DNA of 32,000 nt from a virus: positions 1-32,000 of the IMG/VR virus record IMGVR_UViG_3300011724_000029; one strand, 5' to 3'. The position numbers were made by a program, and so were the translations under genes. Positions 1 to 7,284 of the stretch are shown piece after piece. Below the pieces are notes generated by a model, which was not told where the DNA came from, searched no databases, and saw nothing but the letters and a program-made list of their open reading frames with translations. Each line of letters begins with the position of its first letter. Position 1 is the stretch's first letter.

Positions 1-339
1 TTAATCATCCGAATCAACCAATGAAGCTTTTTGAATTTTATCAAATGTAATACGTTTTATTGAAAAGTCAGTGTCTAATAGCAGCTCCTTTTTATACGCA
101 TCGGTACCTGTAACCCTACCCACCTCATCATGCAACTTGTTTTGGTCCCACAATGTCAATCTCACAAGCTTTTGCATCTTACAAGCACGCTGGATGGTAT
201 TCTCTATTTCTTCAAGTTCCCATTCAGTTAAATCACGCTTTTTATCATAATACTGCTCTTGTTTCCACTTCTTAATTTCATCCAAATGCTCTGGAAGCAT
301 CATTGCTGTCCATTTCATACTCCCTCGATCATGCAACAT
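1..339 (-). CDS. YolD-like protein (family associated with SOS/Y-family polymerase loci)
   Basis: 'DRGSMKWTAMMLPEHLDEIKKWK' matches the YolD-like signature. The ATG at 337..339 lies 10 nt after GGAG, whereas the track GTG at 348 has no usable spacing. Stop TAA at 1..3. Confidence 0.75.
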   Translation of the reverse strand: MLHDRGSMKWTAMMLPEHLDEIKKWKQEQYYDKKRDLTEWELEEIENTIQRACKMQKLVRLTLWDQNKLHDEVGRVTGTDAYKKELLLDTDFSIKRITFDKIQKASLVDSDD

Positions 340-354
340 ACAAATCACTCTCCA

Positions 355-630
355 CTAATATTCAGTATCATTAACCTTCAAAATATCTAAAAAATGAACT
401 TTATGAACATTGAAGTATTTGTCTTTGATGTGTATTAGCTTAGTGTTTGTGTCCATGTTTGTGACTATACCCTCTAAAGGTTCATCATGTTTATAGATTG
501 TAAAAACCTTGGTCTGCTTTTCCTCCATCACTTCAGTTAGTGTATTAGCGATTTCTTCTAAGTCGAATTCGTCACGATCCATGTGCTTAGGTTCTTTCTT
601 TTTAGTAGGCGTTTTTGTTTTAGCTGCCAT
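355..630 (-). CDS. Small hypothetical protein, first gene of the LexA-box operon (Lys-rich N-terminus; C-terminal half loosely YolD-like)
   Basis: ORF track 355..639. GGAGTGG lies 7 nt before the ATG at 628..630. Positioned directly downstream of the promoter/LexA box. Confidence 0.5.
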   Translation of the reverse strand: MAAKTKTPTKKKEPKHMDRDEFDLEEIANTLTEVMEEKQTKVFTIYKHDEPLEGIVTNMDTNTKLIHIKDKYFNVHKVHFLDILKVNDTEY

Positions 631-665
631 ATTAACCACTCCATTCAGAACATTTGTTTGTATAT

Positions 666-695
666 ATTATAGAACTAACGTTCTGTTTTTGGCAA
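666..695 (-). promoter_or_regulatory. SigmaA-type promoter of the 630<-1 operon
   Basis: Minus strand reads TTGCCA (690..695), an 18-nt spacer, then TATAAT (666..671), about 35 nt upstream of the ATG at 630. Confidence 0.65.
671..684. promoter_or_regulatory. LexA (DinR) Cheo box AGAACTAACGTTCT
   Basis: Perfect GAAC-N4-GTTC palindrome lying in the spacer between -35 and -10 of the promoter above. This is the classical repressor position. Confidence 0.75.
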
Positions 696-696
696 T

Positions 697-734
697 AAAA
701 AAATGCCTAGGCTCAATATTAATTGAGTGCCTAG
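697..734 (-). terminator. Rho-independent terminator, minus-strand orientation
   Basis: Stem CTAGGCTCAAT/ATTGA(GT)GCCTAG (707..734, 2-nt bulge) followed on the minus strand by a 7-T run (complement of A 697..703). Confidence 0.55.
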
Positions 735-810
735 ACTTATTATCACTATCATTTTTGGTACTATTCAAGTAGTGTTTTATGAAGAGTAGCTAACACATAA
801 GCTAAATAAG

Positions 811-839
811 TGGAAAAGAACTCTAATTAGTGTTATAAT
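811..839 (+). promoter_or_regulatory. Extended -10 promoter (TGTTATAAT) pointing rightward toward the Panacea operon
   Basis: TGTTATAAT at 831..839. Weak -35 TGGAAA at 811..816 with a 17-nt spacer. Confidence 0.5.
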
Positions 840-846
840 AAATATA

Positions 847-860
847 AGAACAAACGTTCT
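847..860. promoter_or_regulatory. Second LexA Cheo box AGAACAAACGTTCT
   Basis: Perfect GAAC-N4-GTTC starting 8 nt downstream of the TATAAT at 834..839, so it covers the predicted +1. Confidence 0.7.
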
Positions 861-964
861 TTTAAATGAAATATCTGAACAAATTTCTTTGATATTGATT
901 ATCATATTAACCCAAAAAGGTTTACATATATGCTTCCTTGATGTAACTTAATGATATTACATAG

Positions 965-989
965 TTCATATATACAATGTATATATGAA
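965..989. promoter_or_regulatory. Perfect 25-bp palindrome (12-nt arms), candidate operator
   Basis: TTCATATATACA-A-TGTATATATGAA. It ends 14 nt before the GAGAGGAGGAG RBS of the 1020 gene. Confidence 0.45.
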
Positions 990-1019
990 CAAATCGTCCT
1001 TTAGAGAGGAGGAGTTTAT

Positions 1020-1457
1020 ATGGTTGGAATGAGAGCATTAGCTGACCACATAATTGCAATTGGAGCAAATAAAAATTTATCTGTTACAAACTTACAAGTA
1101 CAAAAGGTTATGTTTTTTGCTTTAGGATTTCATTTACAAGATAATGGCATTGATTCTCTTGCTAAGGAAATTTATGATATGCCTTTTGAAAAATGGAGAT
1201 ATGGTCCTGTAGTTGAAACTATATATTATGAGTTATGTCAATATAAAGACAAGCCGATAACAGAAGAAGGAATATACACAAATAAATTATCAAGCTTCGA
1301 TTCAAATATAGAGAAATTATTGCAGATTAACGTTTTTGATCTAGTAGAACTATCACACCAATTATCATCATGGGCAAATTATAAAACAGAAATATTAGAT
1401 CGCAGGTCTGTTGAAAGCTATACTTTAAAAGAAATTTGGGAAGATTTCACAAGATGA
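1020..1457 (+). CDS. Panacea / DUF4065 (SocA-, GepA-like) domain protein, putative PanA-type antitoxin
   Basis: 'LQVQKVMFFALGFHL' and 'EKWRYGPVVETIYYEL' match the two conserved blocks of DUF4065. AGGAGG lies 7 nt upstream of the ATG at 1020. Stop TGA at 1455..1457 overlaps the next ATG. Confidence 0.75.
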   Translation: MVGMRALADHIIAIGANKNLSVTNLQVQKVMFFALGFHLQDNGIDSLAKEIYDMPFEKWRYGPVVETIYYELCQYKDKPITEEGIYTNKLSSFDSNIEKLLQINVFDLVELSHQLSSWANYKTEILDRRSVESYTLKEIWEDFTR

Positions 1458-2533
1458 ATGAAATAAATGAAGAGCAATTTTTAGAGCGTTTCAGAGATTT
1501 ATTACTTAGTTTTCCTAACTTACTGAAATCAGAATTAAGTACTGGTGTTAGAATAGAAGGGTTAAACAACCTTCGTCAAAATCTTGACTCATTATCACCA
1601 ATCCCTAATGTTAGACCTAACCAAAGTGTACCACTTTTACAAACTCGAATTGAGGAGTTTATTGAGACTATTTCAAAAACAAAATTTGATAACAAATTAA
1701 TTCCTTATGATAAAATAACTGAATTTGTTTTTATTGAAACACCAGAAGAATTATACTTTGAATTTACTACTAGATTAAAAACTTATGGTAAACAATATTT
1801 CCAAAGACTATCTGAGGTGTCTGCCACTGTAACTAGTGGTGAAACTGAAACAAATTTAGATTCCGAACAAGCAAGCATTAATGCGTCTGATTGTGAAAAG
1901 GACTTTTATAGAATTGTCAGACATATTGATCTCGCGTTGATACAGATTACAAAGTTTGCTAGTACAAAAATAGAACATTTGCAATCTGAATATGATAATT
2001 TAAAAGAGCAATACTTGGAATTAAATACTCAACTTACAAATTTAAAAGACGAGGCTGAACTCCAATATAAAAATATGCTAACACAATATATTTCTATTCT
2101 TGGGATTTTTGCAGCTATATTGATGGGATCTTTTGGAGCGATCCAAGGCTTTTCAAATATTTTTGCCAAGGCTGACAAAATACCTTTAGGTAAATTATTA
2201 ATAATAAGTTCTGTTGGCGGTTCATCTGTAATTCTAATCTTATTTTTCTTATTAAACGGTATAGCTAAATTGACTAATAGAAGTTTATCTAGTGTTACTG
2301 ATGAAAATGCTACTCTTTTAAGAAAACATCCAACAATCGTCCTTTCACATGGAATATTGGTGAGTATAACTTTAATAGGTGGAGCATTAATATTAAGTAA
2401 TATTGAATTAAATTTTGCTTGGGAAGGACTTTGGTGGGTAGTCCCAGTCTTATGGGTTGCTTATTTTATAACATCAGTAACAAAAAACAATCCATTATTT
2501 TTTATGAATATATTTAAAAATAAGCGAAAGTAG
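1454..2533 (+). CDS. 359-aa coiled-coil + four-TM membrane protein, putative cognate toxin/effector (no recognised family)
   Basis: The ATG at 1454..1456 forms an ATGA overlap with the upstream stop; the track start at 1436 is TTG. Coiled-coil stretch 'LQSEYDNLKEQYLELNTQLTNLKDEAELQY' is followed by four hydrophobic segments (about nt 2090..2490). AT-rich. Confidence 0.7.
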   Translation: MNEINEEQFLERFRDLLLSFPNLLKSELSTGVRIEGLNNLRQNLDSLSPIPNVRPNQSVPLLQTRIEEFIETISKTKFDNKLIPYDKITEFVFIETPEELYFEFTTRLKTYGKQYFQRLSEVSATVTSGETETNLDSEQASINASDCEKDFYRIVRHIDLALIQITKFASTKIEHLQSEYDNLKEQYLELNTQLTNLKDEAELQYKNMLTQYISILGIFAAILMGSFGAIQGFSNIFAKADKIPLGKLLIISSVGGSSVILILFFLLNGIAKLTNRSLSSVTDENATLLRKHPTIVLSHGILVSITLIGGALILSNIELNFAWEGLWWVVPVLWVAYFITSVTKNNPLFFMNIFKNKRK

Positions 2534-2560
2534 GTGAAAACTACTTTCGCTTATTTTTTT
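2522..2560. terminator. Bidirectional rho-independent terminator between convergent genes
   Basis: AAGCGAAAGTAG (2522..2533) pairs with CTACTTTCGCTT (2541..2552). A T-run follows on the plus strand, and ATTTTTAAAT follows the hairpin on the minus strand. Confidence 0.8.
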
Positions 2561-3215
2561 ATCGTTGAGAAATAATAATTTTTAGTCCTTCAAAATCCCC
2601 ACCTGTCATCGTACCCTGGTCAAATTTCTCAAGCCACGACTTGTCAATCTTCCCTTTATCTACAGCTTGTTTAATGTAGTCACGTACTGCATTTTCCGTT
2701 GTTGGATTTGTAAATTTCATAAAATCATCATCCTTTTCATTTGGTTTATCTTCAACAAATAGCTGTACTTTTAATTTGCTATTAGATGGAACAATTACTT
2801 GTCCTTCTAATTTATAGCCTGCTGGCACCTTCCATGTCGTAGGAATTTCAAAATGAGGTGCATCATACTGTCCTACTGGCCAATAGCCTCCCCAAGTGAT
2901 GCCTAGCTTTTTAGCAATTGCCCCTACCTTCCCTAAAATAGAAATATCATATAAATTTCTTGGCGGTGCCACAGCAATATCCCATGCTCTACGTGATGTA
3001 TGATTACTATTACGCGTCCATGTTACTACTTGTCCAGGTCGCGATCTTCCTTGCTCATACAAATAATTTTGGCGAGCTTGGCTACGGTATGTTTCTGTGA
3101 TGAAAACAAAGTCTATGCCTGCCTTGTAGCATTCTTGAAAGAGTAGTCGGCATGCTGTTTGGGCTGCTGCAGTTAGTTCACTTAAATCGCGGCATGTAGT
3201 TGTAACACTATTCAT
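2559..3215 (-). CDS. Endolysin, peptidase M15 (VanY/CwlK-like L-Ala-D-Glu peptidase) with C-terminal putative wall-binding region
   Basis: 'ETYRSQARQNYLYEQGRSRPGQVVT', 'SNHTSRRAWDIAV' (H-x6-D) and 'APHFE' match the VanY-type zinc peptidase. ATGA overlap with the holin stop. Confidence 0.8.
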   Translation of the reverse strand: MNSVTTTCRDLSELTAAAQTACRLLFQECYKAGIDFVFITETYRSQARQNYLYEQGRSRPGQVVTWTRNSNHTSRRAWDIAVAPPRNLYDISILGKVGAIAKKLGITWGGYWPVGQYDAPHFEIPTTWKVPAGYKLEGQVIVPSNSKLKVQLFVEDKPNEKDDDFMKFTNPTTENAVRDYIKQAVDKGKIDKSWLEKFDQGTMTGGDFEGLKIIISQR

Positions 3216-3472
3216 TTCGCATCATCCTTTGGTTTTTCGTATTTTAATGCCTGTTTGCTATCACTCGTACCTTCTGTAGTTGGATCAACTACCACACCAA
3301 CTAGAACTAAAAAAGCGAGTACAGTGTTAAATAACTCTGTAACTCGCTCGTTATAAATTGTTGTGTCGTAGCCTACTAGCGCCCCAATTTGTTGCACTAA
3401 TAATAAGAGTAGCGCAAACGCACCAATTAAGAATGGTTTGTGTTTTAATCGTACTTTCCAGTTGATTTTCAT
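3212..3472 (-). CDS. Holin, phi LC3 / Phage_holin_1 family
   Basis: 'MKINWKVRLKHKPF' N-terminus, two hydrophobic segments, 'VVDPTTEGTSDS' motif. Lies immediately upstream of the endolysin. Confidence 0.8.
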   Translation of the reverse strand: MKINWKVRLKHKPFLIGAFALLLLLVQQIGALVGYDTTIYNERVTELFNTVLAFLVLVGVVVDPTTEGTSDSKQALKYEKPKDDAK

Positions 3473-3490
3473 TTGTATTTCCTCCTAAAA

Positions 3491-3739
3491 CTAAAAGATG
3501 TGTTTTTCCATGCGGTCCATACGGCCTTCAAGTGACGTTAAGCTTTTACTGATCTCCCGCATGGCATTGGCTTGCTCACCTTGTGCCTCTGTTAATGTTT
3601 CTAAATTTTTAAGCAATCGTTCTTCCCGTTTATTGGAATTCCAAAATACATATACAACTAAGCAAATACACAATATCGACCACACAACTTGCGAGTTTGC
3701 TATCTGACTTGCTGTTGTTACCGTTGTTACTGGATCCAT
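3491..3739 (-). CDS. BhlA/UviB-family holin-like protein
   Basis: Single N-terminal TM ('VVWSILCICLVVYVFW') followed by 'KREERLLKNLE...' charged coiled coil, the same architecture as SPbeta BhlA. Confidence 0.65.
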   Translation of the reverse strand: MDPVTTVTTASQIANSQVVWSILCICLVVYVFWNSNKREERLLKNLETLTEAQGEQANAMREISKSLTSLEGRMDRMEKHIF

Positions 3740-3762
3740 TACATCACCAACCCTTTGCCCTA

Positions 3763-3862
3763 TTAAAATAAAAAGCCATGAGACGAATTGAGATTCAGTA
3801 TAATGTACCGTTGCCCATCTCGATTGCTCTCATAGCGTTAAAAAACATAAAAAATAACGCTA
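3763..3862 (-). promoter_or_regulatory. Two tandem hairpins between the tail-fibre module and the lysis cassette; the distal one is terminator-like
   Basis: TAGCGTTA (3833..3840) pairs with TAACGCTA (3855..3862). An imperfect 17-nt stem joins 3778..3794 and 3817..3833 (14/17 pairs) and is followed on the minus strand by GGCTTTTTATTTT. Confidence 0.35.
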
Positions 3863-3876
3863 GTCTTTGACTGCGT

Positions 3877-4035
3877 TTAAATACCTGGCGTATTTCTTAA
3901 AATGTAATCTTCTACAGCTGCTCGGTAATCCTCATTCGTGATGTCGTCAATGACATAGACTGCATTTGTCTTTGGATTAAGTCCTTTGTTAATAATGCGT
4001 CCTGCTGCAATCCTTACTACGATTTCATTTACCAT
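3877..4035 (-). CDS. 52-aa conserved-looking small phage protein (below the ORF-track cutoff)
   Basis: Hand translation gives MVNEIVVRIAAGRIINKGLNPKTNAVYVIDDITNEDYRAAVEDYILRNTPGI. Its ATG overlaps the upstream TAA (TAATG). The position is equivalent to XkdX-type small genes before the holins. Confidence 0.5.
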   Translation of the reverse strand: MVNEIVVRIAAGRIINKGLNPKTNAVYVIDDITNEDYRAAVEDYILRNTPGI

Positions 4036-4322
4036 TATAAAATCCCCCCAACTTCATTTTCAGTTGCTAAAAGCAAAGCATCTTCTAGTTCACGTATTTG
4101 TTTTTCTTGTTCATTTTCAATTGGTTGTAATATTATTTTTTTATTTTCTGTATCAACACCGACAATCATGTTTTTTGTGTAATCGATTGATCCATAGTCG
4201 ATGTCGATAAATTCTACTACTTCGTCTGGATCACGCTGTGCATCCGAATTATGAATTTCACCAGCGATAAATAAGATATTACCTGTTGATGCATTGTAAT
4301 ATATTCTGTTCCCTACTTGCAT
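4035..4322 (-). CDS. Hypothetical protein of the tail-fibre module
   Basis: ORF track. AAGGAGTGA RBS 4 nt before the ATG at 4322. Coupled to the flanking genes. Confidence 0.6.
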   Translation of the reverse strand: MQVGNRIYYNASTGNILFIAGEIHNSDAQRDPDEVVEFIDIDYGSIDYTKNMIVGVDTENKKIILQPIENEQEKQIRELEDALLLATENEVGGIL

Positions 4323-4334
4323 AGTCTCACTCCT

Positions 4335-5252
4335 TTATTTAATAGCCCACCAATCAAATTGCCCTGTACCAGCAGGATAAGCGGCCGCAACGGTAAATCC
4401 ACCATCAAATACCGAAGAGACATTACCATATGAACTGTGGTTTATTACAACAACGAAGTCCGATGCACTAAAAGTGCTATTGTATACTCCCCATGATCCA
4501 GGTATATTACCTCCTCTAGTGCGGAACATATAAGCCCTTGGTTTAAACGACAACCCAGTTACATTGAAGAAAGTCTGGGTTCCGTTATTTGTAATAGTTC
4601 CTACCCCAACTACAATGTTACTCAAATTTCGTATATTAGCAGCAGTCGTCGCAAACGATGCGTCAGGCGCAGTGTAAACACCCATGTCAGTAACCGCCTG
4701 ATTGACTGTTGCCTTACCATTACTGACAGATGTAAAAAGTTTACTATAACTAATTTCCCTCCAACTTGACCAAGCTGTCCCTGCTGTATACGCTCTTTCC
4801 CATTGTCTGTATGCTGTAGCAGACTCATCAAAATAAGTTATTACTTGTCTCACCCAGTCTGTAGAATACTTTTCTACCCTAAGGGATAATAAGGCATATT
4901 CGTACAAACCATCTGGCTTGTTAGTAAAAAAAGCAGAAGCGTAATCTCCTACTTCTTTTATCTCGTTTAAATCTTTTAAAGAACCATAATACTTAAAACC
5001 ATCTTGTTTGCTATTCCAATTAACTCGCTCTCCAACTTGCAAGTGCTGACTGTTATCGTTGATATGATTATCTGATTCAACTAATTGTTCTTCAATCTTA
5101 TTCATATTTGCTGCCATTATAGGGGTTCCAGCTTCTGAAACTTTTCCCTCTGCAGGTATTAAAGTAGTTGTTCCATCCCCATTATCTTGTAAAGTAAAAG
5201 TTCTAGGCTTCTCAACTTCTCGGTTTTTCCATATTGTTGGTTCATATGCCAA
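4335..5252 (-). CDS. Putative receptor-binding / tail fibre protein with pyocin-knob-like central domain
   Basis: N-terminus 'EPTIWKNRE...MNKIEEQL' is typical of Firmicute phage fibre proteins. 'LNEIKEVGDY...FTNKPDG...WSSWREI' resembles the pyocin knob pattern. TTG start 9 nt after GGGGAG. Confidence 0.55.
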   Translation of the reverse strand: MAYEPTIWKNREVEKPRTFTLQDNGDGTTTLIPAEGKVSEAGTPIMAANMNKIEEQLVESDNHINDNSQHLQVGERVNWNSKQDGFKYYGSLKDLNEIKEVGDYASAFFTNKPDGLYEYALLSLRVEKYSTDWVRQVITYFDESATAYRQWERAYTAGTAWSSWREISYSKLFTSVSNGKATVNQAVTDMGVYTAPDASFATTAANIRNLSNIVVGVGTITNNGTQTFFNVTGLSFKPRAYMFRTRGGNIPGSWGVYNSTFSASDFVVVINHSSYGNVSSVFDGGFTVAAAYPAGTGQFDWWAIK

Positions 5253-5648
5253 TTAAATCAGCTCCCCTCCACAAATAAAAACACCACAGATTGGTACAGC
5301 CTCTGCGTTACCTCTGTAGTGTAAATATAGTAAATTCAAATTATGTTCTAAACGTCTGGCATCATTAAAATCAAATGAGTCATTCGATATCCAATCAAGT
5401 TTATTTTCAATCCATCCAACCGGTGTAAAACGTTGACTCAATATATCCTGATTACTCTCAATACGATTCAAACTATCAGCAAATTCAATACGACCCATAT
5501 CACGATTAGTGACAGAATTAAGTGGTGGTAGAGTGATAAAATACCCAACTAGATTTGAAACGATAACTGTATTATTTTCTACTCTATTGAGATCTTCAAA
5601 ATTATAAAAATCTGTGGATGTCCAATTTAATTTAGGTGTTAACCACAT
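5253..5648 (-). CDS. Hypothetical baseplate/fibre-associated protein
   Basis: The ATG at 5646..5648 follows AAAGGTGGTG by 6 nt, so the track start at 5681 is probably too long. 'FYNFEDLNRVENN' motif is shared with phage fibre proteins. Confidence 0.55.
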   Translation of the reverse strand: MWLTPKLNWTSTDFYNFEDLNRVENNTVIVSNLVGYFITLPPLNSVTNRDMGRIEFADSLNRIESNQDILSQRFTPVGWIENKLDWISNDSFDFNDARRLEHNLNLLYLHYRGNAEAVPICGVFICGGELI

Positions 5649-5649
5649 C

Positions 5650-7284
5650 TTAAACACCACCTTTTGTCTCTGTCTTACCACTTAAGTATCCAACGAATTC
5701 ATATTCTTGTTTAGTTATGCGAGATTGTTTTTGAGCTCCAAAAGAATCCTCTACAAATACAATATCTCCGCATTCTAATGCTGGATTTTGGCGCCAATTT
5801 ACTTGATATAATGCCCTTAAATTACTTTCGCTAATAATCCATTGAGCTATATTACTAGCATGTTCAAATGAGCTAATTAAAGGATTATCACATTTTATAG
5901 TGACGCCTTCTTTTACTCCGTCATTCTGAAATGTGTAATCTACTTTCGTCCCGTTTGAATGTACAGTAATAATAAGGTTTTGGACTAATTTTTCTAATTT
6001 GATTTGCGGTTCCTTATATACATTATCAAATGTAATTTTTTTCATATCGTATCCAGAATAAACAGTGGGTGTTATCATCCCTGTAAATGTATCAAAACCA
6101 GCGAAATTGATGTAAGATGTACTTTCATCCAATATTTCAAATGGTTTAATTATCACCACGCCGTTTCGATCTTGATAGACAGCACTTTTACTGGCGATAC
6201 CAATACATTGCAGAGCCCTTCGATAGGTCACTTTATCGTCAAAACCGGTTGTCAATATGTCCCTAAGAGAAGGATCGATAAAATAAATCATTATACCTGC
6301 TTTCTTTAAAATATCTTCTGCTAATCCATAGAGATCCGATACTGGTATTTGGATATATTCTTTATCCAACAGCTCAAAAATATTTCGTGCTGTAAAAGTA
6401 GTTGTAAGAGCACCTTCATCCGATTGCCAATCAGTTAAGTAATAACCTTTAGTGGTTATGTACTCGAATACATCTTCTTCAACCTCTACACCTATACCTA
6501 ACGATACCTCTTGTCGTTCTTTCAAAAAACGATAGAAACCTTGTGGATTTAAGATATTAAATTCTCTACTTGAATTATCGATAGTGAATTTAATCTCATT
6601 AGCTGGTAATGTATCACCTACTACATTCATCTGCTCAATTAGATTAACTTTAATAAGTTTATCACCCTCATATTCCTGAAACACTCCAAAATCCATTTCA
6701 ACAATACGAGCACGACGATACGACCTACACCATTTACGGATTGTGATTACAATTTTTTTATAGGCATCTAATCCTTTTACCCACAAATATGCAGATTCCA
6801 TATTTCCAACAACATTTTCAGAAGCTATCAAAACATCATTATCTTGATACACATCAATATTAAAATCTGTAGCATACTCATTCGTTGCGACGTCAAATAT
6901 TATCGTCAAACCCATTGAATGATGTTCTTCAGTGAATGTGAGTGTGACTGTTTGAGGGATAGTGAATACTCCATCCATACCACATAAGTCACCACTCCAC
7001 CAACCTAGTTCGCTGTCATCTTCATTAGGCCGCGGAGGAATCTTGAAAGAACCATCTAGTTTAAAATAATCCCTTTCAAACGTTCCATATTTATCGGTCA
7101 TGCCACGCTGTTTATTAGTTATTTGCTCTTTTTTACTTATGATAGCTTCAGTGCTTGCTGTGACCGTTGCATCTTCATAAGCTGCATTATCTAAAATTTC
7201 AAATACCACTTTAGCAGCAGACTTGCGGATTTGGGCATACACAGCCTGTTTGAAGTCACGACTCACCTCATTCAATTGATTCAC
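5650..7284 (-). CDS. Tail tip / Tal-like minor structural protein (544 aa)
   Basis: Size and position (second gene after the tape measure). No lytic-domain motif seen. The start is either GTG at 7284 or TTG at 7275. Confidence 0.5.
   Translation of the reverse strand: MNQLNEVSRDFKQAVYAQIRKSAAKVVFEILDNAAYEDATVTASTEAIISKKEQITNKQRGMTDKYGTFERDYFKLDGSFKIPPRPNEDDSELGWWSGDLCGMDGVFTIPQTVTLTFTEEHHSMGLTIIFDVATNEYATDFNIDVYQDNDVLIASENVVGNMESAYLWVKGLDAYKKIVITIRKWCRSYRRARIVEMDFGVFQEYEGDKLIKVNLIEQMNVVGDTLPANEIKFTIDNSSREFNILNPQGFYRFLKERQEVSLGIGVEVEEDVFEYITTKGYYLTDWQSDEGALTTTFTARNIFELLDKEYIQIPVSDLYGLAEDILKKAGIMIYFIDPSLRDILTTGFDDKVTYRRALQCIGIASKSAVYQDRNGVVIIKPFEILDESTSYINFAGFDTFTGMITPTVYSGYDMKKITFDNVYKEPQIKLEKLVQNLIITVHSNGTKVDYTFQNDGVKEGVTIKCDNPLISSFEHASNIAQWIISESNLRALYQVNWRQNPALECGDIVFVEDSFGAQKQSRITKQEYEFVGYLSGKTETKGGV

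Noticed and set aside
675-752. 25-aa hydrophobic minus-strand peptide (MIVIISLGTQLILSLGIFLLPKTER) resembling a type I toxin
   Set aside because: No Shine-Dalgarno precedes the ATG at 750..752. The ORF is made of the terminator hairpin, the -35 element and half of the LexA box, so the hydrophobic reading is most simply a by-product of those elements.
509-772. 87-aa plus-strand ORF spanning the 355..630 gene, its promoter, the LexA box and the terminator
   Set aside because: It has no RBS, runs antisense to a better-supported gene and crosses regulatory elements. It looks like a hydrophobic artefact of AT-rich sequence.
3498-3707. 69-aa plus-strand ORF antisense to the BhlA-like gene, plus other antisense ORFs (3986..4210, 6004..6309, 7231..7413, 10725..10913, 11153..11365, 13460..13642, 14447..14656, 15212..15397, 16088..16529, 17657..17890, 18804..19204, 20136..20673, 21488..21730, 23276..23806, 24486..24668, 25345..25575, 26449..26676, 28502..28684, 29244..29465, 31634..31816)
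   Set aside because: Each lies fully inside a stronger minus-strand gene and lacks a Shine-Dalgarno sequence. None carries the promoter-plus-terminator framing that the genuine plus-strand units in this window show.
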